Below, one piece after another: positions 1-12,037 of a stretch of 51,760 nt of DNA (position 1 is the stretch's first letter; the number at the start of each line of letters is the position of its first letter). The notes below the pieces were generated by a model, which saw only the letters and a list, made by a program, of their open reading frames with translations, was not told the DNA's origin and did not search any database. The translations under genes were made by a program, and so were the position numbers. The stretch is from Octopus bimaculoides (lineage: Eukaryota), in NCBI RefSeq assembly GCF_001194135.2, contig NC_068996.1, positions 38,818,780 through 38,870,539 on the forward strand, written 5' to 3'.

Positions 1-52
<52 letters not shown>
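1..52. repeat. (AT)n microsatellite
   Basis: Direct reading. Confidence 0.95.
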
Positions 53-57
<5 letters not shown>

Positions 58-65
58 CACACACA

Positions 66-1210
66 TGGTTTGTTAGAGCTGTATGAGCCATGTACAGTGG
101 TGTTGTCAGTAGGGTGAGAGTTGACTATGGGTACAGTGATGAATTTAGTGTACAAGTAGGGGTTCACCAGGGCTTATTTCTCAGTCCACTCTTATTCATC
201 ATAGTCTTCCAGGCCATAACAGAGGAATTCAAAACTGGATGCCTGTGGGATCTACTATATGCTGGTGACTTTGCTCTTATTGCAGAATCTGTAGAAGAAT
301 TGGAGAAAAAATTCCAGGTATGGAAGCAAAACCTGTAACCAAAGGGTCTTAAAGTTACCCTAGCAAAGATCAAAGTTGTTGTTAACAAGAAAGCAGATAA
401 AACTCTCTTTCCATTGGGTAAATGGACCTCCTCAGTGTGTAGGAAAGGAGTTGGAAGTAATTCCATTCACTGCACCAAGTGTAAGCTCTGGACACATAAG
501 AGGTGCAGTGGAATCACAGGTAGATTAACGGAATATGTGGCAGATGTGCAGGGACAATAAGCACTAAGGACACACAGGAATTAGATTCTCTCAAATACCT
601 AGGAGGCTCTCTTGAGGTTGTAGATAGTTTCTGTTACCTAGGTAACCAAATTAGCAATGGTAGAGGATGCTCTGAAAGTATTGTTGCTAGAATAAGAAGA
701 GGATGGAGGAAGTTCAAAGAGCTATTATCTCTGTTGGCAACAAAAGGACTCTCTCTCAGGGTGAAAGAGAGATTGCATGATGCTTGTGTATGAATGGCTA
801 TACTCCATGGTAGCAAGACATGGGCTCTGAATGCAGAAGACATGTGCAGACTAGAGAGGAATGAAGCTAGTTTGCTCTGTTGGATGTGAAACATCAGTGT
901 ACATGTATGACAAAGTGCAAATGTGTTGTGAGAAAAGTTGGGCATAAGAGGAATCAGATGCAGAATGCATATGTGTCATTTGGACATGTGATACATATAA
1001 ATGAAGACAGCTGTATAAAGAAGTGCTGATCACTTAAAGTGGTTGGAACTTGTGGATGAGGGAGACCCATGAAGACATGGGATAAAGTAGTGAAGACTGA
1101 TCTCAGGATGTTGGGCCTCACAGAGAAGATTAATGTTGGGCCTCATGGAGGAGATAACAGTGGACTGAGATGCCTGGTGATATGAGGTTCTTGAGAAGAT
1201 CTGCCCATTT
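66..1210 (+). mobile_element. RTE-clade LINE, decayed RT and 3' ORF fragment
   Basis: ORF 90..338 VQVGVHQG..SPLLFIIV..LLYAGDFALIAES (degenerate HQG/SPLLF/YADD); homologous to 27075-28400 and 36640-38050. Confidence 0.85.
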
Positions 1211-1249
1211 CAGCGAAACTGAGCTCTGGAAAAACTATGTGTTCCACCC

Positions 1250-2125
1250 ACATGTAGCGATAAAACTTTTCACACAACCTACCCAATCAAACCAAACTAC
1301 ATCTCTTCCTCTCTTCCTCACATTTCCTTTTTTTCATTCACTATGCTTATACTTATCTCTCACTCCTCAATCCTGTCCTCACTGTATCATTACTATCCTA
1401 TTGCTCCCTCCCTCTATATACCCATGTTTCACCAATCACTGCCCACCCCCAACCTGCTCTTTGTATTTATGTGAAGTCCCTACTCCCAACTCAAGCTCCC
1501 TTTACAATATTCTACCATCCCTTTTATATTCTGACCCCTGTACCATAAGGGTATACCCTTGCACTTTACCACCATCACTCACTCTCACCCTCTCTCACCC
1601 TTCTCTCTCTTGCACTCTCACACTCTTGCTTGCTTCCACTCTCTTTCCCATTTTCGACCACTCTCTCTCTCTCCGCCTCCTGTCTGGAGTAACCATGTAT
1701 CTTCTCTACAGCAAGATACCTATTGCTATCTCTTTGTCATACACTAACCTCTCATCACCTGGCACAAGGTCACCTTATCCAATGCCCCTCCTCTCAAAGG
1801 ATCTTTGTTTTGCAAGTAACTTGGTGACTCTGCTAGTGCTGGTGCCACATAAAATGCATCCAGTCTACACTGTAAAATGGTTGGCGTTTGGAAGGGCATC
1901 TAGCAGTAAAAACCATGCTAAAGCAAATCTTGCCAGAACTGGAACCACATAAAAAGTACTCAGTCCGCTCTGTATGGTAGTTGGTGTTAGGAAGGGCATC
2001 CAGTCATAAAAAACCTTGCCAAAACTGAGAGTGAAGCCTATTGCAGTCTTCTGGCTTGCCAGCTTCTATCAAACTATCCAACCCATGCCAGTATGAAAAT
2101 GCATGATAGATAATGATGATATCAT
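1250..2125 (+). mobile_element. CT-rich repeat joined to an RTE-type 3' tail with (GAT)n end
   Basis: Shares cttctctacagcaagatacct and tggttggcgtt.ggaagggcatc with 7260-8050. Confidence 0.6.
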
Positions 2126-2133
2126 TATGTAAA

Positions 2134-2300
2134 TATATATATATATATATACATACATACATATATACACATACAAATATATAAATATATATGTAAACTA
2201 TGATATATATTATTCATAACCGTTTACGTCCACTTTACTTAAAGCTTTGTGCAACTTTCTTTTGTTTACTCACTTACTTGTGTGTGTGTATATGCATACA

Positions 2301-2362
<62 letters not shown>

Positions 2363-2370
2363 TAGATATG

Positions 2371-2430
<60 letters not shown>

Positions 2431-2490
2431 TGCATATACATATGTACATATGTACGTACGTATGTACATACATACATATATACATATATA
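2134..2490. repeat. Compound (TA)n/(GA)n/(TACA)n microsatellite
   Basis: Direct reading; source of several spurious ORFs. Confidence 0.9.
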
Positions 2491-4175
2491 CAGGGTGCGA
2501 GGGGTATTTGAAGACAGTTTTGGTATACAATAAAACAACTACATTTCAGCATAAATAAATATTTATTTGAATAAACGTTTGTGCAATTAGTCTTGATAAT
2601 GATTTTTTAAGCAAATTATTCTATGAAACCGCCTTCAGCTTCGATGACTGCTTCAATGCAAGACCAAAACCGCTGAAATGCTGACACTATATGGTCCTTA
2701 TTCATTTTGGACATCACCTGGACAATGGCAGCCTTCAATGAAGCTATGATATTATGAGGATGATGATAAGTCTCCCTTTCAACAGTGTTACACACATAGT
2801 AGTCCTTAGGGTTCAAATCTAATGAGTCTGGAAATCACATACTGGGTGTTACATAATCGTAAAGATTGTCTGACAACCATTCTTGGGTGACTATGGCCTT
2901 GTGAGAAGGTGCTGAGTCTTGTTGAAACACGTATGGCCTTCCATTGCATACTTCATCAATCCAGGGCTTGATAACAGTTTCCAGTACCTCAATGTATCCA
3001 GCAGCATTAATTCTAAGACCTTGTGGAAAAAAGTGGGGAGGCATCGCATGACCTTCGCTACTCACCACTCCTAAAACCATCACAGTCTCTGGAAATTTTG
3101 TGTGCATCACTCTGGGTACTTCAGAAGGATCTGCACATGACCACCTATCATTTCTTCTGTTAGACTTTTGATCCTGGTCAAAGTCTTTTTTCATCAGAGA
3201 AAAACCAAAGCATATCTTGTTCATGAAGATTTTTCACTTCATTAAGTAACCGTTTTGAATGGATGAGATGGTTTTCCTGTGTCTTTGCAGACACGAATTA
3301 GCCTTCGCTCATTACATAGGACTTGTATTGAATGTCACGATGTACCACAGTTCTGACAGTCCACTCTGAAGCCTGAAGTTCTTTAGCAATGGACCTCATT
3401 GATCTTCTGGAGTTTTCATCGATAATGTTTTGAACATGTTGTATAAATTCCGGTGTCCTTTTAGTGTCTGAGCATTGTGAATGTTTTTTCCTCTTTGATG
3501 TAGGTGAAACATTATCATCACATTCCTCCAATTCCAACCAAACTTTGTGTACAAATGATCTTGCAACATTTAGAAAGTTGCTAATTTCTAAATCACTGTG
3601 GTTTGCATGTATACTCTTTCACTCTTTTACTTGTTTCAGTCATTTGACTGTGGCCATGCTGGAGCACCGCCTTTAGTTGAGCAAATTGACCTCAGGACTT
3701 GTTCTTTGTAAGCCTAGTACTTATTCTATCGGTCTCTTTTGCCGAACCGTTAAGTTACGAGGACATAAATACACCACCATCGGTTGTCAAGCAATGTTGG
3801 GGGGAACAAACACAGACACACAAACCTATACGCACACATACATATATATATATACATATATACGATGGGCTTCTTTCAGTTTCTGTCTACCAAATCCACT
3901 CACAAGGCTTTGGTCGGCCCAAGGCTATAGTAGAAGACACTTGCCCAAAGTGCCATGCAGTGGAACTGAACCCGGAACCATGTGGTTCGTAAGCAAGCTA
4001 CTTACCACACAGCCACTCCTATGCCTATTACAGCAACTATGATTGCATGTCTTTTCATTTCTTCAGTTAGCATGATATCTAGAAAGGGTTATATGAAAAA
4101 ACAAATGATACACTAAATAATTTGAAGATGTAATGAACTAAAAACAAAATGTCCCCAAATATCCCTCACACCCTG
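2491..4175 (-). mobile_element. maT-like Tc1/mariner transposon (DD37D), inactivated, with nested SINE
   Basis: TIRs CAGGGTGCGAGGGGTATTTG (2491) and revcomp CAGGGTGTGAGGGATATTTG (4175), TA flanks. Transposase pieces 3298-3537, 2835-3224 (FQQDSAPSH) and 2616-2816 (NPKDYYV); 37 residues between the Ds reading through one TGA. Confidence 0.85.
3612..4028 (-). mobile_element. tRNA-derived SINE family 1 (internal microsatellite), inserted in the maT element
   Basis: Minus-strand head GGAGTGGCTGTGTGGTAAG...GGTTCAGTTCCA; same body at 8240-8795, 23382-23995 and 50151-50690. Confidence 0.85.
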
Positions 4176-4269
4176 TATATATAAACACATATACAAAGTT
4201 CAGCCTTCTGCCACTAGAAGCCACTTGATGTGACCCTCAGGCATCAGGATGCTGACTGGCTTCATCGAG

Positions 4270-5003
4270 TGTAGTCCTACTGCCACACAGTGCTTCTCCC
4301 CTGTTTGTTGATTTCTGCTAGGAAAAATGGCAGCTGAAACAGTAGTCATGCCTCAAACAGCTTACAAGGAGGTTGCCATGAGCAAAACAAGTTTATGAGT
4401 GGTTTTTACACTTTAGGAATGGTCACTTGTCATTTGAAAACAAACGTCATTCAGTGCATCAGTTGACCTCCTGAATAGATGAAAACATCATGAAAATTCG
4501 TGAACTGATCTTGGAGGACTGTCACTGAACAATTGATGAACTTGTTGATATGACTGGTGGGTCATGGAACTCCTGCCAACGAATTTTGAGCCAGGAATTT
4601 TGAGCCAAGAATTTTGAGCCAGGGATTGTGAATGAAAAGTATTGCAGCAAAATTTGTGCTTCACTTCCTCATGGAAGACCAAAAGCAGTCAGGACAATGT
4701 GTGTCATGATTTGAAAGAACAATTGGAAATTGATCTGGACCTTTTTTTGAAGGTCATCACTGATGATGAAAGCTGGTGTTATAGAATTTGCAGATATGGA
4801 AGAGGTGAAGAAAAAAACAAAGGAGGCATTAAATGGCATCACTTTACAAGAGTTCCAGCACTATTTGAAACAGTGGAAAACGTGCTTGGACTGATGCATT
4901 GCTTCAAATGGAGAATACTTTGAAGGTGATAAATGTGTAAACATGTAATTCTAAAGGAATAAAATAATATTGGAAAATTCTGGTTTCTTTTGGGTACTCC
5001 CTT
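4270..5003 (+). mobile_element. Internally deleted mariner-type element, 5' end missing
   Basis: Decayed transposase (AMSKT.VYEWF..F.NG; KVITDDESWCY); 3' end tcttttgggtactccct-TA; internal 3x14-bp repeat GAATTTTGAGCCAR at 4581-4622. Confidence 0.7.
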
Positions 5004-5024
5004 TAATATATATATATATATATA

Positions 5025-5739
5025 TGTAGTGGATCTTTCATACATGAAGTGGATTCGATACACCATAGCCAAATTTAAATCAACACAGCAACAGAACTTT
5101 TCCCACGGTGGAACAATAGTTTTTCTCTGACAGCAGTTTAATATTTTCCAGATGCCTTTAGCTAGGCCAAAACAATGTCTTCACCACTTGACCCTTTCTA
5201 ACCTCTTCTACTCCATCAAAATCTAGAATAGAGATAACAAGACCACCAGCTAAATCCATTGTTCTCAATAATATATCTATCCTTCTAGATAGTTATAAAA
5301 ACAAGAGACCCCAAGCAAAACGGCAGTAGCCACTTGGCGACAACAGAGCGAAGCAGCTAGTGACAACTCATTTAGTTAGTGAACGGACATCTAGAGTCAT
5401 GGACACAAGCAGGCAGCCACTAAAGACAAATGACCAGAGGGAGAAAGAAGGTTACAACCAGCCAACTATGAGACACAACTTCCCTCTACTCTATAACTTT
5501 CACTAGCTCACATTCTTTTCTCTGTAACATTACCATATCTCTGTCTATATGCTGCTACAAGATCGTGTACACACATATACAGGCCGAAATTAACTTTCTT
5601 TACCTTGCATGCTTTACGAACTGTGTTATACTATTACACTAACCTACCCGTCATGGTATGGCATTTATTAAAGTAACGGTAAATAAATATTTCTTTACAA
5701 CTTCGATCACTGTTCATCGTTCATCTTACAACCATTACA
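5025..5739 (+). mobile_element. Probable solo LTR
   Basis: Begins TGTAGTGG, ends CCATTACA (7/8 inverted, TG...CA); AATAAA near 5682; about 715 bp; no clear TSD because the left flank is (TA)n. Confidence 0.55.
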
Positions 5740-5972
5740 ATTAGTAACTACACAAAATTATCATTGCTGCAAACAAATTATTACCGTTACATATATATAT
5801 ATATATAAATTGTAAATGCAAAAATAAAAACAAAAATATATATATATTATATCTATATACATATATATGCACATATACACAAATATGCATATATATTCAT
5901 ACACATACACACACACACACACACTCAGTTACACATGCATGTACACACACATACAAACCTACTAAGACTTAC

Positions 5973-6220
5973 CTTCTGCTGTGTTGGAATATGCATAAGG
6001 TAGCAAGCTTCCTCCAGCTTTGTCAATCTACTGCTGTCCAACTAGTCTACATACATTATTCTTCAAGTGGCTTAGCACATAAACCCAGCAGGACTGTTGC
6101 TTCCGACAGAAATAAGGCCAAAGCCTGTTCACTTGTGCTTCAAAACCATTTGCATTGGTAGCAAAACCATGATTGGTTGTCCATCTAAGAGAAGGACAGC
6201 TTTGGAAAATCCTTGGGAGT
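5973..6220 (-). other. Candidate non-coding internal exon (248 nt)
   Basis: Acceptor ttttttctccag|ACT at 6220 and donor AAG|GTAAGT at 5973/5972; all three frames contain stops. Confidence 0.35.
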
Positions 6221-6245
6221 CTGGAGAAAAAATATCTATCTAGTG

Positions 6246-6577
6246 CACTGGTTCTCAACTGGGGTCCATATAAGGTTTTGGAGAAATCCATGTAACAAAA
6301 TAGTAAATTATAAATCTACAATAGAATTTGAAGGGACCCTGCAAAAAATTTTGCTTTAGATGTATGTATTGGTGTGTATTGCAAGAAACATCTAAGTTTC
6401 TTTCTCTAGCATTTTACTTAGTTCAATCTATACAAGTTAATGTGTGAAAAAATCAAACTAGAAATTTTAAAAGACGATTCTATAAAACTAATTTTAAATA
6501 TCGAATGGCTATGGGGTCCATCAGTGTAAAATAGTAATCAAAGGGGTCCATAGATAAAAAGTGGTTGAGACCCCTTG
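6246..6577 (+). mobile_element. hAT-like MITE
   Basis: Ends cactggttctcaac / ggttgagacccct; homologous to 14837-15291 and 18626-19108. Confidence 0.55.
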
Positions 6578-6794
6578 ATCTTGAGGTAGAATCCTTGAAT
6601 ACAGCATTGTTATGTTAATTACTGCAACAACACTGATTCCAAGTATATTGGCTTCTGTGCTCTTCTTGGATTACACATGTGAAGTGTAGATGGGCACTCT
6701 GCTACATGAATAACGGCTAAATCTCAAAGAAAAAAAAAACAAAACAAAAAACACAAAAAAAAACAAACCAAACCAGTATTATCAAATAGATTAA

Positions 6795-7001
6795 CTCTTT
6801 AGCATTCAGATTGCTTTGTCAAATGTAATGCTTATTTATTCACATTATTTTTTTTTAATTAATCATATTTTATCTTGTAATTTAATGATTTTAATGATGT
6901 GGTTGTTTATTTTCAGAATGATATTGTAAGGTAAATGTGAGAAGCCAGTTCTGGTCAGTGAGAGGCTGAATCTCTATATGACCAGTTTAAATGTTAAAGG
7001 G
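6795..7001. mobile_element. piggyBac-like MITE with TTAA flanks
   Basis: TTAA|CTCTTTAGCATT ... AATGTTAAAGGG|TTAA; second copy at 12456-12675. Confidence 0.6.
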
Positions 7002-7029
7002 TTAATTTAGAAAAGTGAATTAACAAAGA

Positions 7030-7160
7030 GATGGTAATATATCAATATTTTATTCAGTATAGAATCTTTCACTGGCAACACTTATATTTCTTTAGGATTC
7101 CTATTGCTGATGTTAAAGTAAATATTTTCTATAATTATTTTATTGTTTTCAAAGCCAGAT
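7030..7160 (-). other. Candidate terminal 3' UTR exon of the secreted-precursor gene
   Basis: Strong acceptor ttgtcttctattttctctctctctttcttttcag|ATCTGG at 7160; AATAAA at 7144-7139 and 7054-7049 followed by U-rich sequence. End coordinate approximate. Confidence 0.5.
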
Positions 7161-7259
7161 CTGAAAAGAAAGAGAGAGAGAAAATAGAAGACAAGAATGA
7201 TTAAAAATATAAAAATAAACTGAAAATTTAATAGATATAATCATTTACTCGCATTCTTT

Positions 7260-8050
7260 AATCACACTCCCTTCGCAATATCCTACCACTTATATTATGG
7301 CATTTGAACCTCAAGGGTATGCCCTGGTACTTGCCACTATCTATATCTCTCTCTTCCTTTACTCAACCATCACCAACATCTGTATCTCTCTCTTCTTTTA
7401 CTCAACCATCCCATTTATATTCTGATCTCCGTTCCTTGTGAGTATGCTCGGCATTTTGCCACTATCTCTATCCTGCAGTCTCCCACTCTCTCTCCATTTC
7501 CTGCACTTCCCTCAGGTTGGGTGACCATGCATTTCCTTTGTGGTAGCATACCTCTTTCTGTCTTCATTCCTGATCTTTCTCTCTTCGGCTGAGTAACCTT
7601 CCTCTACAGCAAGACACCTGTATCTGTCTCACTATAACCTTTTCATCATCACCTCCTCCAATGCCTCTTCCCTTCTTAAAAGTTTTATTTTTAATGTCTT
7701 GCATGTACTTGGTGACCCTGTCAGTGCAGGTGCCACTTAAAAGCACCCAGTCCAAGTGTAAAGTGGTTGGTATTTGGAAGGGCATCTTGCAGTAAAAACA
7801 TTGCCAAAACTGACCTTGCCTGTGCTTATGCCACGTAAAAAGCACTGCTCACCTTGCCCGTGCTTATGCTATGTAAAAAGCACTGAGTCCACTCTGCTGA
7901 GTGGTTGGTGTTAGGAAGGGCAACCAGTTGTAAAAATCCTGTCAAAACAGTCACAGAAGTCTGGTGCAGGCTTCTGCCTGGCTGGCTCTTGTGAAACCGT
8001 CTCACCCATGCTAGTATGGAAGGCAGACGTTAACTGATGATGATGATTAC
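7260..8050 (+). mobile_element. CT-rich repeat plus RTE-type 3' tail
   Basis: gagtggttggtgttaggaagggca...cccatgctagtatggaaggcagacgttaactgatgatgatg. Confidence 0.65.
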
Positions 8051-8069
8051 AGGTAGGGAAGTCATTGGT

Positions 8070-8240
8070 ATCAAATTTTGGTACAAGGCCAGCAATTTTG
8101 GGGGGGGAGGGGCTAAGTTGACTATATCAACCCCAGTGCTCAACTGGTACTTATTTTATCAACTCTGAAAGGACGAAAGGTAAAGTTGACACTGATGGAA
8201 TTTGCACTCAGAACATAAAGAGGAACGAAATGCCGCTAAC
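8070..8240 (-). mobile_element. tRNA-derived SINE family 2, partial
   Basis: Revcomp of the TTTGCCTTTCATCCTTTCGGGGTCGATAAAATAAGTACCAGTT-type core seen at 18705-18920, 22614-22820 and 23725-23960. Confidence 0.65.
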
Positions 8241-8611
8241 CATTTTTTCTTTTTTTTTCTTTTACTTGTTTTGGTCATTTGACTGCGGCCATGCTGGAGC
8301 ACTGGCTTTAGTTGAGCAAATCGACCCCAGGACTTATTTTTTCTAAGCATAGTACTTATTCTATCGGTCTCTTTTGCCAAACCGCAAAGTGACGGGGATG
8401 TAAACATACCAGCATCGGTTGTCAAGCAATGTTGTGGGGACAAACACAGGCACACAAACATATACATACATGCATACATACATACATACATGCATACANN
8501 NNNNNNNNNNNNNNNNNNNNNNNNNNNNNNNNNNNNNNNNNNNNNNNNNNNNNNNNNNNNNNNNNNNNNNNNNNNNNNNNNNNNNNNNNNNNNNNNNNNN
8601 NNNNNNNNNNT

Positions 8612-8662
<51 letters not shown>

Positions 8663-8795
8663 CAACAGGCTTCTTTCAGTTTCCGTCTACCAAATCCACT
8701 CACAAGGCTTTGGTCAGCCTGAGGCTATAGTAGAAGACAGTTGCCCAAGGTGCCATGTGGTTGGTAAGCAAGCTACTTACCACACAGCCACTCCT
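8240..8795 (-). mobile_element. SINE family 1 spanning an assembly gap
   Basis: Homology to 3612-4028; N run 8499-8610 replaces the internal microsatellite. Confidence 0.8.
8499..8610. other. Assembly gap
   Basis: N run. Confidence 1.
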
Positions 8796-8899
8796 GCGAC
8801 TATGCCATCTAAGTACTGAAGTAGTCTGGGTTGGTTTATATTTAGAAAGTAAAAGATGTTAGTGGAAGAATCTAAAGTATCATAGTTGTGGTTGGTGCT

Positions 8900-9075
8900 G
8901 ATGTTTTGTAACTGGCACCTGTGCCAATGGCACATAAAATGCACCCACTACACTCTTGGAGTGGTTGGCGTTAGGAAGGACATCCAGCTGTTGAAACCAT
9001 ACCAAATCAGATAGGAACCTAGTGCAGCTCCACAGCTTACCAGTTTTCAGTCAAACCGTCCAACCCATGCCAGCA
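8900..9075 (+). mobile_element. RTE-type 3' tail
   Basis: gcacccactacactcttggagtggttggcgttaggaagg...caacccatgccagcatg. Confidence 0.7.
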
Positions 9076-9932
9076 TGAAAAACACTACCGACGTAACCAC
9101 TACCTCTAGTGGCAACACCACCAACAGCACCAGCTCCAGCACCACCAGAATCAAAACCATTGATAGCAGCAGCAGCTGCAACAACAGTAGCACAAATGGC
9201 AGCAACAACATTGACAACTACAACCGCAACAGCAGCAGCAGCAACAACTACAACAACAACAACAGCAACAGCAACAACAGCACCGACAGCAGCAGCAGTA
9301 GCAGCAGCAGTAGCAGCAACAACAACAGCAATAGTAGGCATGACACCGACTCCACGCATTCAAGGAAATACATTGGATGCATGGGAACTTCCTTTAAGAA
9401 ATGTTTTTCCAACCATAGATCCTCCTTCAGGGTCCCAGAAAGGAGATATGTAATATCGTTGACCAGCCATTTCTGGCAACTGAAAGAGGATGGAATTCCA
9501 TACTTGATATCATGGAAAATCCTCCACATTTGTGTCCATATATAAATGGAATGAAATGCTGCAAGCTATGTGTAGCCAAATGCATGGAAATCCTGAAAAA
9601 CTTGCATACACCAGGGAACATACAGAACTCCAGAATGGAGACTTTGGGGCCATGCTTGCATTTCAGGAGATTCCTGTGAGCGTTTTGGGAACCTTCCATA
9701 ATAGCGATAACAGTAGTATTAGCGATAATTACACCACAGCTGGAAATTGATTACTGATGAGAGTCGGGGATAGCCCCCTACTTTTTACCCTCATAGATGA
9801 CAGGTGGTGTGACTGAAGAAGAACAACACAACCAGAAGCCGATGACCAGCACCAAAGGGAAATAATCCCCATTATTTATATTTGTATTGTTTCTCCCTCC
9901 ACATTTTAAAGAGGCCATAGGCCAACAGGTCT

Positions 9933-9992
9933 TAGAGTCTGAAGATACACCATAAAGGTAGCTTTTATGGCGAGAAACCCAAGGTAACCCTA
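9933..9992 (+). ncRNA. Type I hammerhead-like ribozyme motif (variant 1)
   Basis: TAGAGT-CTGAAGA-[CCATAAAG/TTTTATGG stem II]-GAAACC-CAA-GGTA-ACCCTA; core intact, stems I and II imperfect. Confidence 0.6.
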
Positions 9993-10019
9993 TAAACCGG
10001 CCTTCACCAGTAATTAATA

Positions 10020-10039
10020 TATATATATGTGGATGTATG

Positions 10040-10091
<52 letters not shown>

Positions 10092-10150
10092 GAGAGATAG
10101 AAAGATAGATAGATAGATATACAGATAGATAGATATACAGATAGATAGAT

Positions 10151-10195
<45 letters not shown>

Positions 10196-10205
10196 TAAAC
10201 ATATA
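10020..10205. repeat. (CA)n/(GATA)n microsatellites
   Basis: Direct reading. Confidence 0.9.
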
Positions 10206-10233
10206 TTTTATGTAGTTGTTGGTTGTGGTCTGT

Positions 10234-10302
10234 CAGAAAGTTACCATTGATTTGACATCTATTATTGCACTTAGCCGTATAGGTGACTCCTCAGACCTGC
10301 TG
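10234..10302 (-). ncRNA. Degenerate hammerhead-like motif (variant 2)
   Basis: CAGCAGGT-CTGAGGA-GTCACCTAT...ATAGATGTC-AAATC-AAT-GGTA-ACTTTCTG; G of GAAA lost. Confidence 0.4.
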
Positions 10303-10679
10303 GCCAGAGGAACAAGACCTCTTTACTAATGGAGGTAAAAATAGTCAGCTTTGTGGTGAAAAAGACTCCTGAATCAAAATTATTTCAAAGTGTAAGCCCC
10401 TTCTGGTAGAGACAGAGTTACCTCTCTTTGAACATGCATACCTACATACATACATAGAGCCATCCATCCATCCATCCATCCATCCATACATACATACATA
10501 CATGCATGCATGCATGCAGGTATACATTTGTTCAATATCAGAAAGAGTAAATAAAAATGCTGTGATTTTTCCATTTCTTTTTCTGTTGACATATATGCCT
10601 GTATGTTTGTTAGTGACAGAAGGACTGTACACTCACATGCATGCATGTACACACACATGTGCACATACAATGGAATATA

Positions 10680-10781
10680 GACAGACAGACGGATAGGTAG
10701 GTAGGTAGGTAGCTAGTTAGATAGACAGACAGACAGGTAGGTAGGTAGGTTGGTAGGTAGGTAGGTTGGTAGGTTGGTTGG

Positions 10782-10817
<36 letters not shown>

Positions 10818-10909
10818 TAGGCAGAAAGACAGACAGGCAGGTAGGCAGATAGGTAGGTAGGTAGGTAGGTAGGTAGGTAGGTAGGTTGGTAGGTTGGTTG
10901 GTAGATAGA

Positions 10910-10941
<32 letters not shown>

Positions 10942-11015
10942 TAGATAATAGGTAGGCAGGTTGGTAGGTAGTTTGGTAGATAGATAGATAGATGACAGAT
11001 AGATAGATAGATTGA

Positions 11016-11073
<58 letters not shown>

Positions 11074-11090
11074 TGGATGGATGGATGGAT
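10680..11090. repeat. Compound GATA/GACA/GGTA/GGTT/TA/GA/GGAT microsatellite
   Basis: Direct reading. Confidence 0.9.
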
Positions 11091-11537
11091 TTTTGTTTGT
11101 TCTCTTCTCCTTTAAAAAACTGTTAAATTAGCTATATCAGTGCTTCATCATTTTTAGTGTTTTATGAAAATGAATGTATTTAACTTGCCAGAAGTAGGTT
11201 GTTTTGATTGGTATTTGTATATTTGATTTGAAATGAAGTATGTTATAGCTTTCCATACAAAATTTTTATCAAAACTGCTTTTATGGGGCTACTGTATAAG
11301 CTCCTATATGCTGTAGTGACCCAGAAGTGTGTGTTTGAGGAAACAAACTGAGGGGCTTCTCTAGGCAGCATACACTTTAGCTACACCATTTGTCTAAATA
11401 CATTAAAAAAAAAAATGGCTGGTTATGACTAGAATGTTTTTGCTTATAAGTCTCCTGGACCAAGTCTAGCCAGCATCTAAATAACAACCATATAGATACA
11501 AAAACTGGTATATTTTAGTAGGACTTACATTTAAAAT

Positions 11538-12037
11538 TTATCCCTGTCTCCCATATTTCCTAATACGAGAATTCCTCCGTTTTAGATATCCATTCCGGTT
11601 CCACCTTCTCATATTTTTTGAATGCATTGAATTTGGAGCTTTCATCATTTTCTTAGGCATTCTTGGTTTTACAACTCTATTATTTTTCTTTCCATTATTA
11701 TTATTTCGCTTTTTCCAGTGACTATTGTATTTTGATCGTCTACGTTTTGGTTCATTTCTTCGGAAAGGTTTTCTTCGATTGTTTCTGCTTTGACGTCGTC
11801 TACCTCTAGCGTAATCAGCATTTGTTCTCTTCACCTTCGCTTCATTTTTATCAGGTTCACTGCTTTCCTTTTCTACGGCAGTTTTCTCTTCAGCCTCATC
11901 AGCAGGAGCACCTTTTTTTGCATCTGGAGATTCAGCCACTTCCTTTTCAGCTTCGTCTTCAACTTCATTTTCAACTTCGTTTTCAACTTCGTTGTCATCT
12001 GAAGCTTCAGCTCGCTGACCACTGGCTAGATGTTGTA
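11538..12037 (-). CDS. Second coding exon: acidic pro-region (NEVE repeats) plus Lys/Arg/Asn-rich C-terminal region ending RKYGRQG*
   Basis: Acceptor tgctatttttcag|TA CAA CAT completes the G left by the exon above (GTA, Val). 500 nt open to TAA (2+166 codons). Extends track ORF 11538..11939 by 32 codons. A GTAAGT donor lies 9 nt after the stop. Confidence 0.8.

Larger units (their letters stand above)
9076..10350 (+). mobile_element. Penelope-like element remnant: GIY-YIG endonuclease 3' end plus pLTR-like sequences
   Basis: RKYIGCMGTSFKKCFSNHRSSF...LTSHFWQLKEDGIPYLISWKIL, then frameshifted PYINGMKCCKLC and NSRMETLGPCLHFRRFL, matching PLE GIY-YIG motifs; hammerhead motifs downstream. Confidence 0.75.

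Noticed and set aside
1170-1952. 260-aa Leu/Pro/Ser-rich ORF
   Set aside because: It runs through a CT-rich repeat that lacks stops for compositional reasons and spans repeat boundaries.
2200-2552. ORFs of YIYI/HTHT/CVCV type here and at 8159-8722, 10014-10696, 31322-31520, 32893-35702 and 50155-50533
   Set aside because: They are translations of microsatellites or N gaps.
9051-9545. Ser/Asn-rich, Ala/Thr-rich and Cys-rich ORFs as host genes
   Set aside because: They arise from a CAG/CAA tract fused to a decayed Penelope-like GIY-YIG fragment.
9753-9790. CTGATGA followed by a GGGG/CCCC hairpin as a hammerhead
   Set aside because: No GAAA or stem III follows.
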